Part shown: positions 27,749 through 38,070 of the stretch, piece after piece
Layout: each line of letters begins with the position of its first letter
Position numbering within the stretch: the first letter of the stretch is position 1
Source: Candidatus Bathyarchaeia archaeon
GTDB lineage: Archaea; Thermoproteota; Bathyarchaeia; Bathyarchaeales; Bathycorpusculaceae
Assembly: GCA_049512935.1 (NCBI GenBank)
Contig: JBEKWR010000004.1
Span: forward strand, 32,001 to 96,000
Reading direction: 5' to 3'
Length of the DNA stretch: 64,000 nucleotides
The notes under the pieces: model-generated
What the model saw: the letters and a program-made list of their open reading frames with translations, nothing else
Told to the model about the DNA's origin: nothing
Databases searched by the model: none
Program-made: the position numbers and the translations under genes

Positions 27749-27927
27749 ATATTTTTTAAGTTGCGACTTTTGCTACGGTAAAGTTGCTACTTTCGCGGGT
27801 GGCAGGTTGCGTTCCCTGTTGCTTTTTTGGTTTGGGGTTTGAGGCTGTTTGAACGTTGCGACTTTGGGATGGGCGGAATGCGACTTTCAATGTTGACTCC
27901 ATGTAGGCGGCATTGTCGGATATGGGC
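27749..27927 (-). repeat. Interspersed ~180-bp element, copy 2 (inverted relative to copy 1)
   Basis: Minus strand gaaagtcgcattccgcccatcccaaagtcgcaa...gcaacctgccacccgcgaaagtagcaacttt...gcaaaagtcgcaacttaaaaaatat. Confidence 0.85.
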
Positions 27928-28073
27928 GCTACGGGTTTTTCTGTGGATCAGGTTGCACCTTGCTGTCGCTGAAAGAGTGGGCGCACAAGAAACAGTCTCA
28001 AACGACAAAGACTTTGACAAGACAGAAATAAAAAGAACAATGTAACCGAATCAAACTCAGATTGGTGGCGGGA

Positions 28074-28109
28074 CTGCCCGTCCCCATACCCAAACGTGTT
28101 CAAAACCTT
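28074..28109 (+). repeat. 36-bp direct repeat, left island boundary
   Basis: ctgcccgtccccatacccaaacgtgttcaaaacctt; 33/36 identical to 37816-37851. Confidence 0.85.
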
Positions 28110-28336
28110 GAGCTATTAACAATAGGAGAGAGCGCGCGAGCATCAATTTACCAATAAAAACTGCTAGAAAAAGCCGTTGAATGCAAAGCACGCCTCACGA
28201 AGATCAAGCAATGAGGCAAAGATTTAGATGCCCTCCTTAACATTAGGTCAGCGCACAAATCGTCTATACACAAACAAATAAGAGGAATCAGTTCAGGGGG
28301 ATTCTTCGTGATAAAGATCTAGCGTGCGCTGGCATC

Positions 28337-29347
28337 TCAAAAAGTCTCCTTCTTTCCTGAAAGGAAGTCACAATTAATTGAAAAGCCTTTGTTAGCTGAA
28401 TCTATCATTGCTTCAGCGATTTTGACGGCTTCAACTGCTTCTTCTGGAGGAATCCTGTTTGGTTGTTCATTTTTCTCTATGCATCCGGCAAAGTACTCGA
28501 GTTCACTTCTCAGGGCACCACTGAGATTGTCATTGATATGTGCCTCCATGTGGAAGTCGAAGTAAGACATTTGTGAGTTTGACCATATTTCGATATCTGG
28601 AAAGTGCCTAACAAATGCTGTTTCGTTAGTTCCAATAATCTCAACTTCGTAATCATTTTTAAATGGAGAATTCTCGGGAAGATGAGAAACGTTTTCGAAG
28701 AAGCCTACTGCCCCAGTGTCTAAAACCAACATAGCCCATGTTGCGTCTGGCATCATTCGTCTAAGGAAAAATGATTGCCTAGCGTGGATTTTAACCACTT
28801 TTCCACCTATTAACCAGTTAAATAGGTCAATGTCATGTATCGTCGAACTAAGAAAAGGATGCACTTCTGAATACTTTTCAAAGGTTGAGGGCTTGTAATT
28901 TCTGCGTGCGTAGAAAGAAACAATTTCTCCAAAGGTGCCGGTTTCAATCTCTTGTTTGATTTGCGCATATCTATTATCAAATCTGAGGGTATGCCCTACC
29001 ATTAGCAAAAGACCACTTGTTTTCGAAAGCATAAGCAGTTCCTCAGCTTCTTTTGAAGAAACGGCAAGTGGTTTTTCCACGATAACATGTTTGCCCGCGG
29101 TCAAAGCCTCCTTTACTAGGGCATAATGGCTTTTTTCATTAACAACAATATCCACTGCTTGAATGTTACTTTTCTGTAAAATCTCCTTATAATCGGTGTA
29201 CTTCTCTATTTCCTCTTTTTCAAAAGCGTCGAGTTTTGATTTATCAGAATCGCATACTGCGTAGAGGTCGACTCCTCGCATATTCAAAAAATTATTCGCA
29301 TGTAACTTACCAAAGTTGCCTAAACCAATCACGGCAATTTTTATCAA
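28337..29347 (-). CDS. Gfo/Idh/MocA family oxidoreductase
   Basis: IGLGNFG, GKHVIVEKP, VGHTLRF, IHDID. Confidence 0.9.
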   Translation of the reverse strand: MIKIAVIGLGNFGKLHANNFLNMRGVDLYAVCDSDKSKLDAFEKEEIEKYTDYKEILQKSNIQAVDIVVNEKSHYALVKEALTAGKHVIVEKPLAVSSKEAEELLMLSKTSGLLLMVGHTLRFDNRYAQIKQEIETGTFGEIVSFYARRNYKPSTFEKYSEVHPFLSSTIHDIDLFNWLIGGKVVKIHARQSFFLRRMMPDATWAMLVLDTGAVGFFENVSHLPENSPFKNDYEVEIIGTNETAFVRHFPDIEIWSNSQMSYFDFHMEAHINDNLSGALRSELEYFAGCIEKNEQPNRIPPEEAVEAVKIAEAMIDSANKGFSINCDFLSGKKETF

Positions 29348-29686
29348 TTAGGTCCCTTTACTGCAAACGTTCGTTTCCTAATAAATATCTTTACGCAGCT
29401 GGAAGTTAGGATAGTTTGAACTTCATGAATAACAAAAACATAAAGTCTATTTTAATGGATTTTCAGGTTTATGTTTTTGACTAAACCGTATGACTTTTGA
29501 AATCGACTTTGAGAGGCAATAGACAACTTATACAGTGTCTTTTTGCTCAAACTTGCTAAACATATGTATTTTTGCAAACTTTTGACAATCTGAAGTTGCT
29601 AACCCCATGCGTACACTTTTCAATATCGCTGAACTTGAGAAAAGCTCAAATTGACTTTTCGAGAATTAGTTAATTACTCTTGATTC

Positions 29687-30553
29687 TTATACTATTGAAA
29701 TAAGGGCTAAACCCGCTAAAATAGCAACTACTCCAATTTTTTGATTGTTCACCACTCTCTCTTTCAGAAATAAATATGCAAGCAAAATTGTTACAGCCGG
29801 ATACGTAGCTGCCACAGGACTTACTATGGATACAAATTCTGTCGTTATTCCAACATTATAAGCTGCGAATCCAAAAGTGTCAAGAGCACTGACAATGATT
29901 AAGAACAGAAATACCAGTTTCGTCGGGCGTGAAATTTTTTTTCCTGAAAATCCAACCCACGAAAACAAACTTAGTGTCCCTACAGCCCGAAGAAGGAATA
30001 GCGCCATAATTGGTCCAGCTGTACTGACTACAGGTTTAATTACTGCGTAGGCAATTCCCCAGGCAATCATCGATATTATGCCATCCATAATCCCGTTGTA
30101 CCTCACATGTTTTATGCTCTTTTTTAACTCGGCTAAATTTGTGGATGTAAGAAAGACGCCAACAAAAATAACTATGATGCCGATGATTTGTAACAACGTT
30201 AGTTCTTCTTTAAAAAGAAAAATTGCTAACAATGTTGTTATGACTGCCCAACTTGCAGAAATAGGAGAAACAACCGATACTTTGCCTTTTTGAAACCCCC
30301 TGTATAAAAAAATATAGCCGATAATTCCTAAAACGCCTGCGACCACTGTGATCGACACTAAACCAATTGTTATTGGTGGTATTTTGGAAAATAAAACTGC
30401 AAAAACGAGAATTGGCCCTAAGGAAGCGGACAGATTAAACACGAGGGTGGTAGTGCAACCTATTTTGTCAATTACTTTCTTCGCAAAAAAATCAGCTGTT
30501 CCCCAACTCAGCATAGAGACAATTGCGAACAGAATCCCTATCTCTAAAGTCAA
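29687..30553 (-). CDS. EamA/DMT family transporter
   Basis: Ten TM segments in two repeats, SVVSPI, FLFKE/FLKER. Confidence 0.88.
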   Translation of the reverse strand: MTLEIGILFAIVSMLSWGTADFFAKKVIDKIGCTTTLVFNLSASLGPILVFAVLFSKIPPITIGLVSITVVAGVLGIIGYIFLYRGFQKGKVSVVSPISASWAVITTLLAIFLFKEELTLLQIIGIIVIFVGVFLTSTNLAELKKSIKHVRYNGIMDGIISMIAWGIAYAVIKPVVSTAGPIMALFLLRAVGTLSLFSWVGFSGKKISRPTKLVFLFLIIVSALDTFGFAAYNVGITTEFVSIVSPVAATYPAVTILLAYLFLKERVVNNQKIGVVAILAGLALISIV

Positions 30554-30799
30554 GTTTCAGTTGCACCTGTTCTAATCAACTATCAAATGATGGACTTTGA
30601 ATATAAATTCTGTTGATTCCTTTATCCCTGATACTTCCTCGCGCGCTAATTGTTAACAAGCTATGAAAAAGCTAGTGATCAGAATTTTTCGAAGGAGAAT
30701 GAGCACATCTGGGCAGAGCTGGTCTTACCAGATGACAGACGAATAGCAAAATGATAGAAATCTACGTGGGTTTTAAAAATTAACCAGAGTTATAGTAGA

Positions 30800-31843
30800 A
30801 TGAGGCTAATAATAACGGTTCAAATTCAAACGGTCAATGGTCCCTTAGATCCAACTTCCCTAGGAATCACTCTATCGCATGAACACGTCAATATAAATTT
30901 TGAATGTGCTTGGGTTCCTCCGCCTACTGGAAAAGAATATCTCAGAGATTTAGAAGTCACGATTGAACGGATGAATGAGATAAGAAATAACGCGCATTAT
31001 GTCAAATCTAACTTGATTTTGCACAACGAGATCGCTGCCATTAAAGAAATTAGTTATTTCAAAAAAGCAGGTGGAAATTCAATAATTTCCTTAACAAACG
31101 TGGGCCTTTACCCTGACCCCTTATTTCTGCAGGGCGTTTCCCAGTCAACGGGCATAAACATAATTGCTGGGTCTGGTTATTACAGGCGTATCTCACAAAA
31201 AAATTCAGTTGTTTCAAAAAAATCTGATCAAATTGCACGTGAAATTATCTACAGCATCTATACTGGAATTGGCAATACCAAAATTCGCGCCGGAATTATT
31301 GGTGAAATAGGCACTTCGAGTCCACTGCAACCCTTCGAAAAAGAATCTCTAATAGGAGCAGTAAAGGCTCAACAAGCGACCGGAGCAGCACTTAATATTC
31401 ATCCTGAAGTCTGGGGACATACACATCTTGATTTACTCGACATTGTTGAAGATGCAGGAGGCGATTTGACTCGAACAATTTTAAGTCATATGGATGAGCT
31501 TACCGATTCAAATTACCACCTTAAAGTGGCTGAACGTGGAGTTTATTTGAGCTTCGACACATTTGGCTCAGAGTTTGTTTGCGATGGTATCTCGGAGCCT
31601 AACGATGAAGATCGGATTAGTTGCTTGGTCGCATTGTTGAAAGCAGGTTACAAAGATAAAATCGTGCTATCTCACGATATCTGCTACAAGGTTCAGTTGA
31701 AGGAGTACGGAGGAAAAGGATATGACCATATTATCGTTAATATTATTCCTCGCCTCAAGAGAATGGGCGTTACTGACAATGAAATTCGCAGCATGATGGT
31801 TGATAATCCTAAGCGTATTTTAGCTTTTAAATTGCAACAATAG
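30800..31843 (+). CDS. Phosphotriesterase family metallohydrolase (PTE/PHP-like)
   Basis: IQTVNGP, TLSHEH, GIIGEIG, ILSHMD, VLSHD, DNPKRIL. Confidence 0.9.
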   Translation: MRLIITVQIQTVNGPLDPTSLGITLSHEHVNINFECAWVPPPTGKEYLRDLEVTIERMNEIRNNAHYVKSNLILHNEIAAIKEISYFKKAGGNSIISLTNVGLYPDPLFLQGVSQSTGINIIAGSGYYRRISQKNSVVSKKSDQIAREIIYSIYTGIGNTKIRAGIIGEIGTSSPLQPFEKESLIGAVKAQQATGAALNIHPEVWGHTHLDLLDIVEDAGGDLTRTILSHMDELTDSNYHLKVAERGVYLSFDTFGSEFVCDGISEPNDEDRISCLVALLKAGYKDKIVLSHDICYKVQLKEYGGKGYDHIIVNIIPRLKRMGVTDNEIRSMMVDNPKRILAFKLQQ

Positions 31844-32043
31844 CAGTCCTCTCTTTTAACATCTCAATTGGTTCGCGGTGCTTTGGGAAGGCTTAAACAA
31901 CGGCATAGCTTGTGATTTTTGGCATAATTATCAAGCGAAATACCAACATAATTCTTAATTAGATTACAAAATCAAGAGATAATTGAACATACAGGAAAAA
32001 CCAAACTGCAAGAAATAATGCTTGAAGATATTTCATTTAGTAA

Positions 32044-32493
32044 CTAAAATGGGAGAAGCAACAAAATGAATCCAATTATCACCAGAATAATAGACGAAGC
32101 TAAATAAAATGAGAGTTTTCTTAATTTAGGACTAAAGATTTCTTGCCTCGCCTCTTCTCGATCTTTGTACAAAGAGAGTTTTAGTTTTGCGTTATTCCGC
32201 TGTTCCAAAAATTCTGCAGGTAGACCGTCACGTGTTGGAGCAGAATTAATCAAGTCATTTAGTTTTTCCAAACTCATCGAAAGGATCGTAAATAGAAAAG
32301 CAGACACCAAGAAAAAACTAGCTGCAAGAACCACAGTCCATTTGCTCAAGTGAACGGGTAAAACATTCAATGTAGCACTAGCGAAACAACTAGTTGAAAG
32401 GGAAATAAGTATGCCTCCAACCAAGCTAAAGTAGTTTGCCTTAAGTCTGAAAACTAAATCCATTGAACGCCCAAATGATTCCTGCAATTTCAT
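32044..32493 (-). CDS. Hypothetical membrane protein (three TM)
   Basis: Three hydrophobic segments. Confidence 0.55.
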   Translation of the reverse strand: MKLQESFGRSMDLVFRLKANYFSLVGGILISLSTSCFASATLNVLPVHLSKWTVVLAASFFLVSAFLFTILSMSLEKLNDLINSAPTRDGLPAEFLEQRNNAKLKLSLYKDREEARQEIFSPKLRKLSFYLASSIILVIIGFILLLLPF

Positions 32494-32612
32494 CTAGTTC
32501 TTTATTTCTCCTTTATGCTATTTATTTGGTGCCGCGCGCAAGCTAAGCCACTAAAGAATATTTAGAGTGAACCAACCACAATTCATTTTCTCACATTGCC
32601 TAATACTTTCAC

Positions 32613-33437
32613 TTAAAGCCCCCTAACCTCATCTTTAATTGAATCGAGGTCCTCGAGCTTCGTGGCAGAAGAAACTTGATCAAGCAAACTATTCTTTCGT
32701 TTTTTCAGTTCGCCCTTCAATGCATCACTTCTTGAAATAACTTCTTCCCTCGACTTCTTTGCAAAATCTCCGCCTATTTCTTTCGATTCTTCCGCCCATC
32801 TCAGATTGCATTTTTCTGCATCACAAATCTCGTCTTCTTCTTTCTTGAAATGCTGCTTTATCTGGTCCACCAAATCCCGTTTTTCATACTCCAATAATTT
32901 CTTATTTCTCTCCACTTGTTCCATCATCAATGCGTGCCAAGTACGATAGTTTGATAATAAGGTGTCGACGTCAAAACCCATATCGAGCCCCACTTCAGCT
33001 TGTAAATAATCTTTTGTCTCTTCGTCATAAACTCTGAAGCAGTTCGTCAAGACAGTCACAGTCCCACCATTTTGTTTTTTATCTCCAGCCAAGAAATTTA
33101 CTTGACGATAGTTTTTATCAATTATTCTCAAGCAGTCCATCTCAGACTGCGTCCTCTCATATTCATCAACAAATAGATCAAGGTAATTCTTGCCTATGGC
33201 CTCCTTTGCGGAAATATTGTACATTTTTTCACAATTTCCCGCCCAAACAATTATGTTGAAGTTTCTGTCGCATGCCCAACAGGAATAAGGGGCTTCGTCT
33301 AGTATTGCCAACTTTATCTTGTCTTCCCGTGTCTTAGGTGGATTGCTTGCCAGTTCACTCTTTAATTCGCAAATAATACCGTTTAGTCTTATGTTCTCTT
33401 TGATAAGATCTTCTTTTGTCAAATCCTTGTATTCCAC
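32613..33437 (-). CDS. PAS-domain protein with coiled coils and no output domain
   Basis: AILDEAPYSCWACDRNFNIIVW...CEKMYNISAKEAIGKNYLDLF; charged helical C-terminus. Confidence 0.7.
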   Translation of the reverse strand: MEYKDLTKEDLIKENIRLNGIICELKSELASNPPKTREDKIKLAILDEAPYSCWACDRNFNIIVWAGNCEKMYNISAKEAIGKNYLDLFVDEYERTQSEMDCLRIIDKNYRQVNFLAGDKKQNGGTVTVLTNCFRVYDEETKDYLQAEVGLDMGFDVDTLLSNYRTWHALMMEQVERNKKLLEYEKRDLVDQIKQHFKKEEDEICDAEKCNLRWAEESKEIGGDFAKKSREEVISRSDALKGELKKRKNSLLDQVSSATKLEDLDSIKDEVRGL

Positions 33438-33616
33438 TTTTCCTCCACCCTCTTATCAATTAGATGATTTTGTCCGTCGCAATTTACTTACAAGCGATTT
33501 TTCTACTATATACACCTATTCAGTACTTAAGATTTTTTCAAGAAAACTATCTAAAACTTCAGATTACCCTAAAATTAATAAGCAAAAACTCTACAGAATC
33601 AACTGAGCGGGTACAA

Positions 33617-34381
33617 ATGAAAAAAGCGCAAAAAACAGCTCTTGTGACAGGAATGTCTCGAGGGATAGGGAAAGCAATCTGTGAGAAACTCGTGAAAGAG
33701 GGCTATTTTGTCTATGGCACGTACAATACGGGTGAGCAAGAAGCAAAGATGGTTAAGGAAACGCTCAAGACTGTAGAGATCTTTCAAGCAGATTTCAAAG
33801 ACAGAAAACAAACCTTAGCTGTGATAGAAAAACTGGGCAAAATCAAATTTGATGCGATAATCAACAACGCCGGAACGTTCGAAGGCGAATTGTTCGATGA
33901 GTTTGACTTTAAGATATGGGATGACATAATCGCCGTCAATCTGACGACCCCGTTATTATTTTCCGTGAAACTACAAAAGAACATCAAAAACGGAGGAAGT
34001 ATCGTAATCATTGCTAGCACTGACGGACTTCAAGGTTCATTTGCAAGCATATCGTATTCAGCTAGTAAGGCTGGACTGATAAACATAACAAAAAGCCTAG
34101 CAAATAATCTTGGCAGCAGAAACATTAGGGTGAACGCAATAGCTCCCGGATGGATTAACACGAAAATGGCCACTGAATCCTCGTATAAGGCAGCACAGAT
34201 CACACCTTTGGGTAGAAATGGCAAACCTGAAGAAGTGGCGGACCTCGCACATTACCTGATTACGAACTCGGCAAGTTTCATAACAGGGGCAACAGTGATT
34301 ATTGATGGCGGTTACACTTGCGTCGATACAATTATGAAGATGGAAGCGGAAGAATTCAAAAAGACAGACAACTCTAACTAG
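33617..34381 (+). CDS. Short-chain dehydrogenase/reductase (FabG-like)
   Basis: TGMSRGIG, NNAG, YSASK, VNAIAPG, IDGG. Confidence 0.92.
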   Translation: MKKAQKTALVTGMSRGIGKAICEKLVKEGYFVYGTYNTGEQEAKMVKETLKTVEIFQADFKDRKQTLAVIEKLGKIKFDAIINNAGTFEGELFDEFDFKIWDDIIAVNLTTPLLFSVKLQKNIKNGGSIVIIASTDGLQGSFASISYSASKAGLINITKSLANNLGSRNIRVNAIAPGWINTKMATESSYKAAQITPLGRNGKPEEVADLAHYLITNSASFITGATVIIDGGYTCVDTIMKMEAEEFKKTDNSN

Positions 34382-34407
34382 TCACTTGGGAGAGCAGAAA
34401 TACTAAC

Positions 34408-35379
34408 ATGAAAATATTGGAGTATGATGAAATCGAGTGGCAACAAGCACTAGAACTGAATCTTGTGGGTTTCGATTGGTATCTCACACCAGATTTGGTG
34501 GAAAAGATACTTAAAGCAGATAAACGAGTACCCGAAGGTTACGCAATCTACGCTACTGAAGGTAAGACAGTTCTTGGTCAGGTTGGCATCCTAGTAGATA
34601 CTGTTCAAACGATAAGTGGCATGGAAAAACTTGGATACCTTTGGACAATTGTTACTAAGCCAGGTTCGACCAACAAAGGAATTGCGACTCGTCTCATCGA
34701 GGAAGCCCACTCAAGATTAATCTCACAAAATGTTCGATATTCGTTTCTTGGCACTCAGAAATCTCTTGTAGCTTACAACCTTTTCAAGAAACTAGGCTAC
34801 TCTGATTTGATAGACCACAATATGGGACTCAAATCCTGTTCCAACGTTCCACCAAATAGCGCCGAGCATAAGTCAACTGGAATCCGACTCCTGCGCGAAA
34901 TCCGCACATCTTTTGACGATGAGACAATAATGAATATGTTTTCAAAGTACGCAACGGGTCTTTTGGGGTTCGTTCACAGGCCGCAAAATTTTCTCAGCAT
35001 TCGAAAAGCCTGGGGATGGATGCCAGTAAACTTAATCTGTGTTTTTCAAAAGGAGAACGAATCAGTGGGATATTTATTGGGAACTAAGGAAGATAATAGT
35101 ATTAAAATTAGAGAATTAATTTGTGTGAACCCGCTTGACCTATCGGCTTGTATTCTTGCCGTCGAGAAAGAGTTGAGGCCCCGTTACATAATATTTGATT
35201 TTACATCGAGAGAATGCGTAATTTCGAAACTCGCAAATGTTGGTTTTAGATTCATTAGGCCAACTTATGCCACATATATGATAAAAGACTTGACGAGAGA
35301 GCGAAGCATTGAGGAGATAAGAAATTCATTTAGCGTAAAAAACGATAAATTTCAAATGTCGATAATCGACTATTATTAG
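34408..35379 (+). CDS. GNAT family N-acetyltransferase
   Basis: IVTKPGSTNKGIATRLI, YNLFKKLGY. Confidence 0.8.
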   Translation: MKILEYDEIEWQQALELNLVGFDWYLTPDLVEKILKADKRVPEGYAIYATEGKTVLGQVGILVDTVQTISGMEKLGYLWTIVTKPGSTNKGIATRLIEEAHSRLISQNVRYSFLGTQKSLVAYNLFKKLGYSDLIDHNMGLKSCSNVPPNSAEHKSTGIRLLREIRTSFDDETIMNMFSKYATGLLGFVHRPQNFLSIRKAWGWMPVNLICVFQKENESVGYLLGTKEDNSIKIRELICVNPLDLSACILAVEKELRPRYIIFDFTSRECVISKLANVGFRFIRPTYATYMIKDLTRERSIEEIRNSFSVKNDKFQMSIIDYY

Positions 35380-35462
35380 TAATTACTTTACCAGAATTCC
35401 TCTTGGTAAGAATTCGACATTCATCTTGATCGTACCAGCTTCCTTTCTAGGAAATATCGCCC

Positions 35463-36545
35463 TTAGGGATGGCTAAACTCATATTTGCAATCTTCGGGAG
35501 TGAGGTTCTTTAGCAAGTATCTAATGGGCGCGCACACTCTTTCTTTTTTGCCGAACATACTTCCAGTTTCGTTAGTCACTTCTCCAAGGCAATAACCAGC
35601 ACAATGGTATTTCGCGACGCATCCTTCACAACCGGGCATATTGTCTGCGCATCTGGAACGCAAGGTTTTCATTTTAGCATCGTCGTAAACAATTCTTTTG
35701 TTTCTCTTATCCCATTTTCCATATATTAAAGCTGATAAGGGGTTTTTATCTTCACCAAATAAAGCCATGTCGCATGCTGACACGTAGCCATCTGTTGTCA
35801 AATGAGGTACGGGTAAGCAAGCTCTACAGGCATAGTTGACTTCTTCGTCAAAGTTGCATGCTAGGAAGCTTCCATAAAACATCCCCTTTCTCTTGGCATG
35901 CTCCCTTGCTTTTAGGAACTGGTCGGCATACTCCATAAGACTCATCGTGTCAGTGAGTTCCTTTTCGCCAACGCTTGGGAAAATAGGGTCTGTCCAGATA
36001 TGTCTAACACCTAAGCTGTAAAAATAGTCAATGTTAGCTTTTTGGCTGAACACATTGTCAGATGTTATAGTCGATCTGATGCCGGTCATTCCTTTGCAAG
36101 CCTTCGTTAGGTACTTAACATTCTCTTCAAGTAATTTTGAAGTTGGAAGTCCACTTTTTGTTTTGCGATAACGGTCTTGTTGTTCAGGCAAACCGTCGCA
36201 GGAAATCCAGATGTTATCGACATTCTCAGATAGCCAATCTCGTATTCCTTGCCCAAAGGTGCCGTTTGTCTGAATTTCAGATGTTAATTCGTCGCCTACA
36301 ATCCCGTAAGCGTATTCAGTTATTTTCTTCATTAACTCAAAAGCGCAAGTTGGTTCTCCTGGTCCTTGGAACCTTATGTGCTTTTTCATGTCAGTTTGGA
36401 AATAATCGTCCATTCCAACCTTCGCAAATTCAAAATCTAGCGTTTGATTTGCGTGCTCAGATCGGTCTACATAGCAATAACTGCAGCTCAGGTTGCAATT
36501 ACTTGTCATAAAGAAAGAAATCATTTGTTTTCTGAAATGCCCCAT
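35463..36545 (-). CDS. Radical SAM protein with SPASM-like C-terminal domain
   Basis: CNLSCSYC, GEPT, QTNG, DGYVSAC, CEGCVAKYHCAGYC...C. Confidence 0.88.
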   Translation of the reverse strand: MGHFRKQMISFFMTSNCNLSCSYCYVDRSEHANQTLDFEFAKVGMDDYFQTDMKKHIRFQGPGEPTCAFELMKKITEYAYGIVGDELTSEIQTNGTFGQGIRDWLSENVDNIWISCDGLPEQQDRYRKTKSGLPTSKLLEENVKYLTKACKGMTGIRSTITSDNVFSQKANIDYFYSLGVRHIWTDPIFPSVGEKELTDTMSLMEYADQFLKAREHAKRKGMFYGSFLACNFDEEVNYACRACLPVPHLTTDGYVSACDMALFGEDKNPLSALIYGKWDKRNKRIVYDDAKMKTLRSRCADNMPGCEGCVAKYHCAGYCLGEVTNETGSMFGKKERVCAPIRYLLKNLTPEDCKYEFSHP

Positions 36546-36697
36546 AGATTTTTCCTCTTTTGATGCTTTGTATAAATCTAAGTTGCACTTTGCATTTTTA
36601 AGTTTTATTTAATGATGGCGTTATTACTGACTTTTTGAAGCATGCGGAAGAGATTCAAGCGATAGTTACTATGCGAGAACATCCCAAATGTTAACTC

Positions 36698-37690
36698 CTA
36701 TATGATTTCGTTGAAAAAATCATGGTCATCAGCGAGTTGTCTTAATCCGTCTCGCCCAAGTTGTAGATAATGCTCAGTTTCCTTTGAGAAATTTTGATTG
36801 ACTGACTTTTCGTAGGTCGTAAGCAGTATGTGCATTCCAAATGCCAGTTTGATGTACTTTGGAAGGGCTTTACGCTCGAACTCGGTCAAGGGTTTTGTTT
36901 TTTGATATTCGTCAAGTGCAATCCTGTACTTTCTTCGAGTTTCGCTCCTGTTTTTTGAGTCAAAAAGAAAGTCGCTGGCAAGAACAGAAATCTCTTGTAT
37001 GCGTGGGTAGGTATTTGAAACAGAAAAATCAATTATCCAAATTTCGCCTTTTCGATCCTTCATTATGTTCGTACGCACTAAATCCCCATGTACAAAACAA
37101 TGTGGCAATTTTCGAATCTTCAGGTGATCGAACTCACGATACAGTGAGCTTAGCTGCCTTAAATCTTCCAGCGATAGATATTTTGATTTTCTATCAAACT
37201 CTTTTTTGAAATTAGTTACCGCCCAAGCGTCATAGACAAATGGAGGTCTTAACGCAATTGAGTTGATTAGTGCAGCCTGCTGCGCCACCCTTCTAATCGC
37301 AACGTCATCCGGTCTCTCTGACAAGTTGAAGAAGTCTTTTCCATCTACATATTCGAGCAAGCAGAATCTAAGATTTGTTTGACCCAACGAGAGAACGTTC
37401 AGATATCCGTTTCTTGTTCTTATGAGACTGGGGGTCTTCACGCCTGAGACTATCACCTTTGCCATAATATCTACATACCTTTTGCAATCAAGTATTGTCT
37501 TTGAGGTTGCGAAAACTTTTACAAAAAACCTGTTGCGTGTTGTATCCAAAACGAAATTAAAGTCTTCGTATCCGGTGAGAACAAGTTCATTTCCAAGAAA
37601 ACTCCCGAGTTCAAAATCATTACAAATTTTCCTCGATAAATTATCTAACACATCGTGGTATCCAATTCTCGAGCCAAAACTGGGGTCCAT
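36698..37690 (-). CDS. APH/homoserine kinase type II-like phosphotransferase
   Basis: GYEDFNF, FFVKVF, VHGDLVRTNI, IIDF. Confidence 0.85.
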   Translation of the reverse strand: MDPSFGSRIGYHDVLDNLSRKICNDFELGSFLGNELVLTGYEDFNFVLDTTRNRFFVKVFATSKTILDCKRYVDIMAKVIVSGVKTPSLIRTRNGYLNVLSLGQTNLRFCLLEYVDGKDFFNLSERPDDVAIRRVAQQAALINSIALRPPFVYDAWAVTNFKKEFDRKSKYLSLEDLRQLSSLYREFDHLKIRKLPHCFVHGDLVRTNIMKDRKGEIWIIDFSVSNTYPRIQEISVLASDFLFDSKNRSETRRKYRIALDEYQKTKPLTEFERKALPKYIKLAFGMHILLTTYEKSVNQNFSKETEHYLQLGRDGLRQLADDHDFFNEII

Positions 37691-37815
37691 GGATTATCAG
37701 TATCATTCAAAGATGTATAAATAATCTCCCAAGCGCTTCGTCATAAATTAGCTCGCGCTAAATAATCATTAACATAATATCGGGACAAACCAGCGCTAAT
37801 ATAGGGCACGCGCGG

Positions 37816-37851
37816 CTGCCCGTCCCCATGCTCAAACGTCTTCAAAACCTT
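37816..37851 (+). repeat. 36-bp direct repeat, right island boundary
   Basis: ctgcccgtccccatgctcaaacgtcttcaaaacctt. Confidence 0.85.
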
Positions 37852-38008
37852 TCTAACCCGAAGGAGGTATTATGACTTCAAAAGTGGTGTTGAGAGGGGG
37901 ATCCCAGCACCATTTTACCCGTAAAAAGTTAACTGAGCTGGGTTCTGAAAGTAGCCTAAAATGCTTTTGATGTGGCGGATGACAGCAGCTGCGCGCGCCG
38001 ACCTTAGG

Positions 38009-38044
38009 TTGCCTGTCCCCGTACCCAAACGGCTTCGAAATCTT
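38009..38044 (+). repeat. Third, more diverged copy of the 36-bp repeat
   Basis: ttgcctgtccccgtacccaaacggcttcgaaatctt. Confidence 0.7.
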
Positions 38045-38070
38045 TTACGCTTGAATCTCTGGCGGTTGGG

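Larger units (their letters stand above)
28074..37851. mobile_element. Genomic island (nine accessory genes, AT-richer) bounded by direct repeats
   Basis: Flanking 36-bp direct repeats, visible composition shift, mixed orientation, no integrase seen. Confidence 0.65.

Noticed and set aside
28063-28080. tRNA-like CCA end (gtcccgccacca, minus strand) at the island border
   Set aside because: No T-loop or cloverleaf upstream; probably chance
28110-37815. Island as an integron cassette array
   Set aside because: Mixed gene orientation, long spacers, no convincing attC sites and no integrase
28074-38044. 36-bp repeats as a CRISPR array
   Set aside because: Only three diverged copies, spaced 9.7 kb and 157 bp apart; no cas genes
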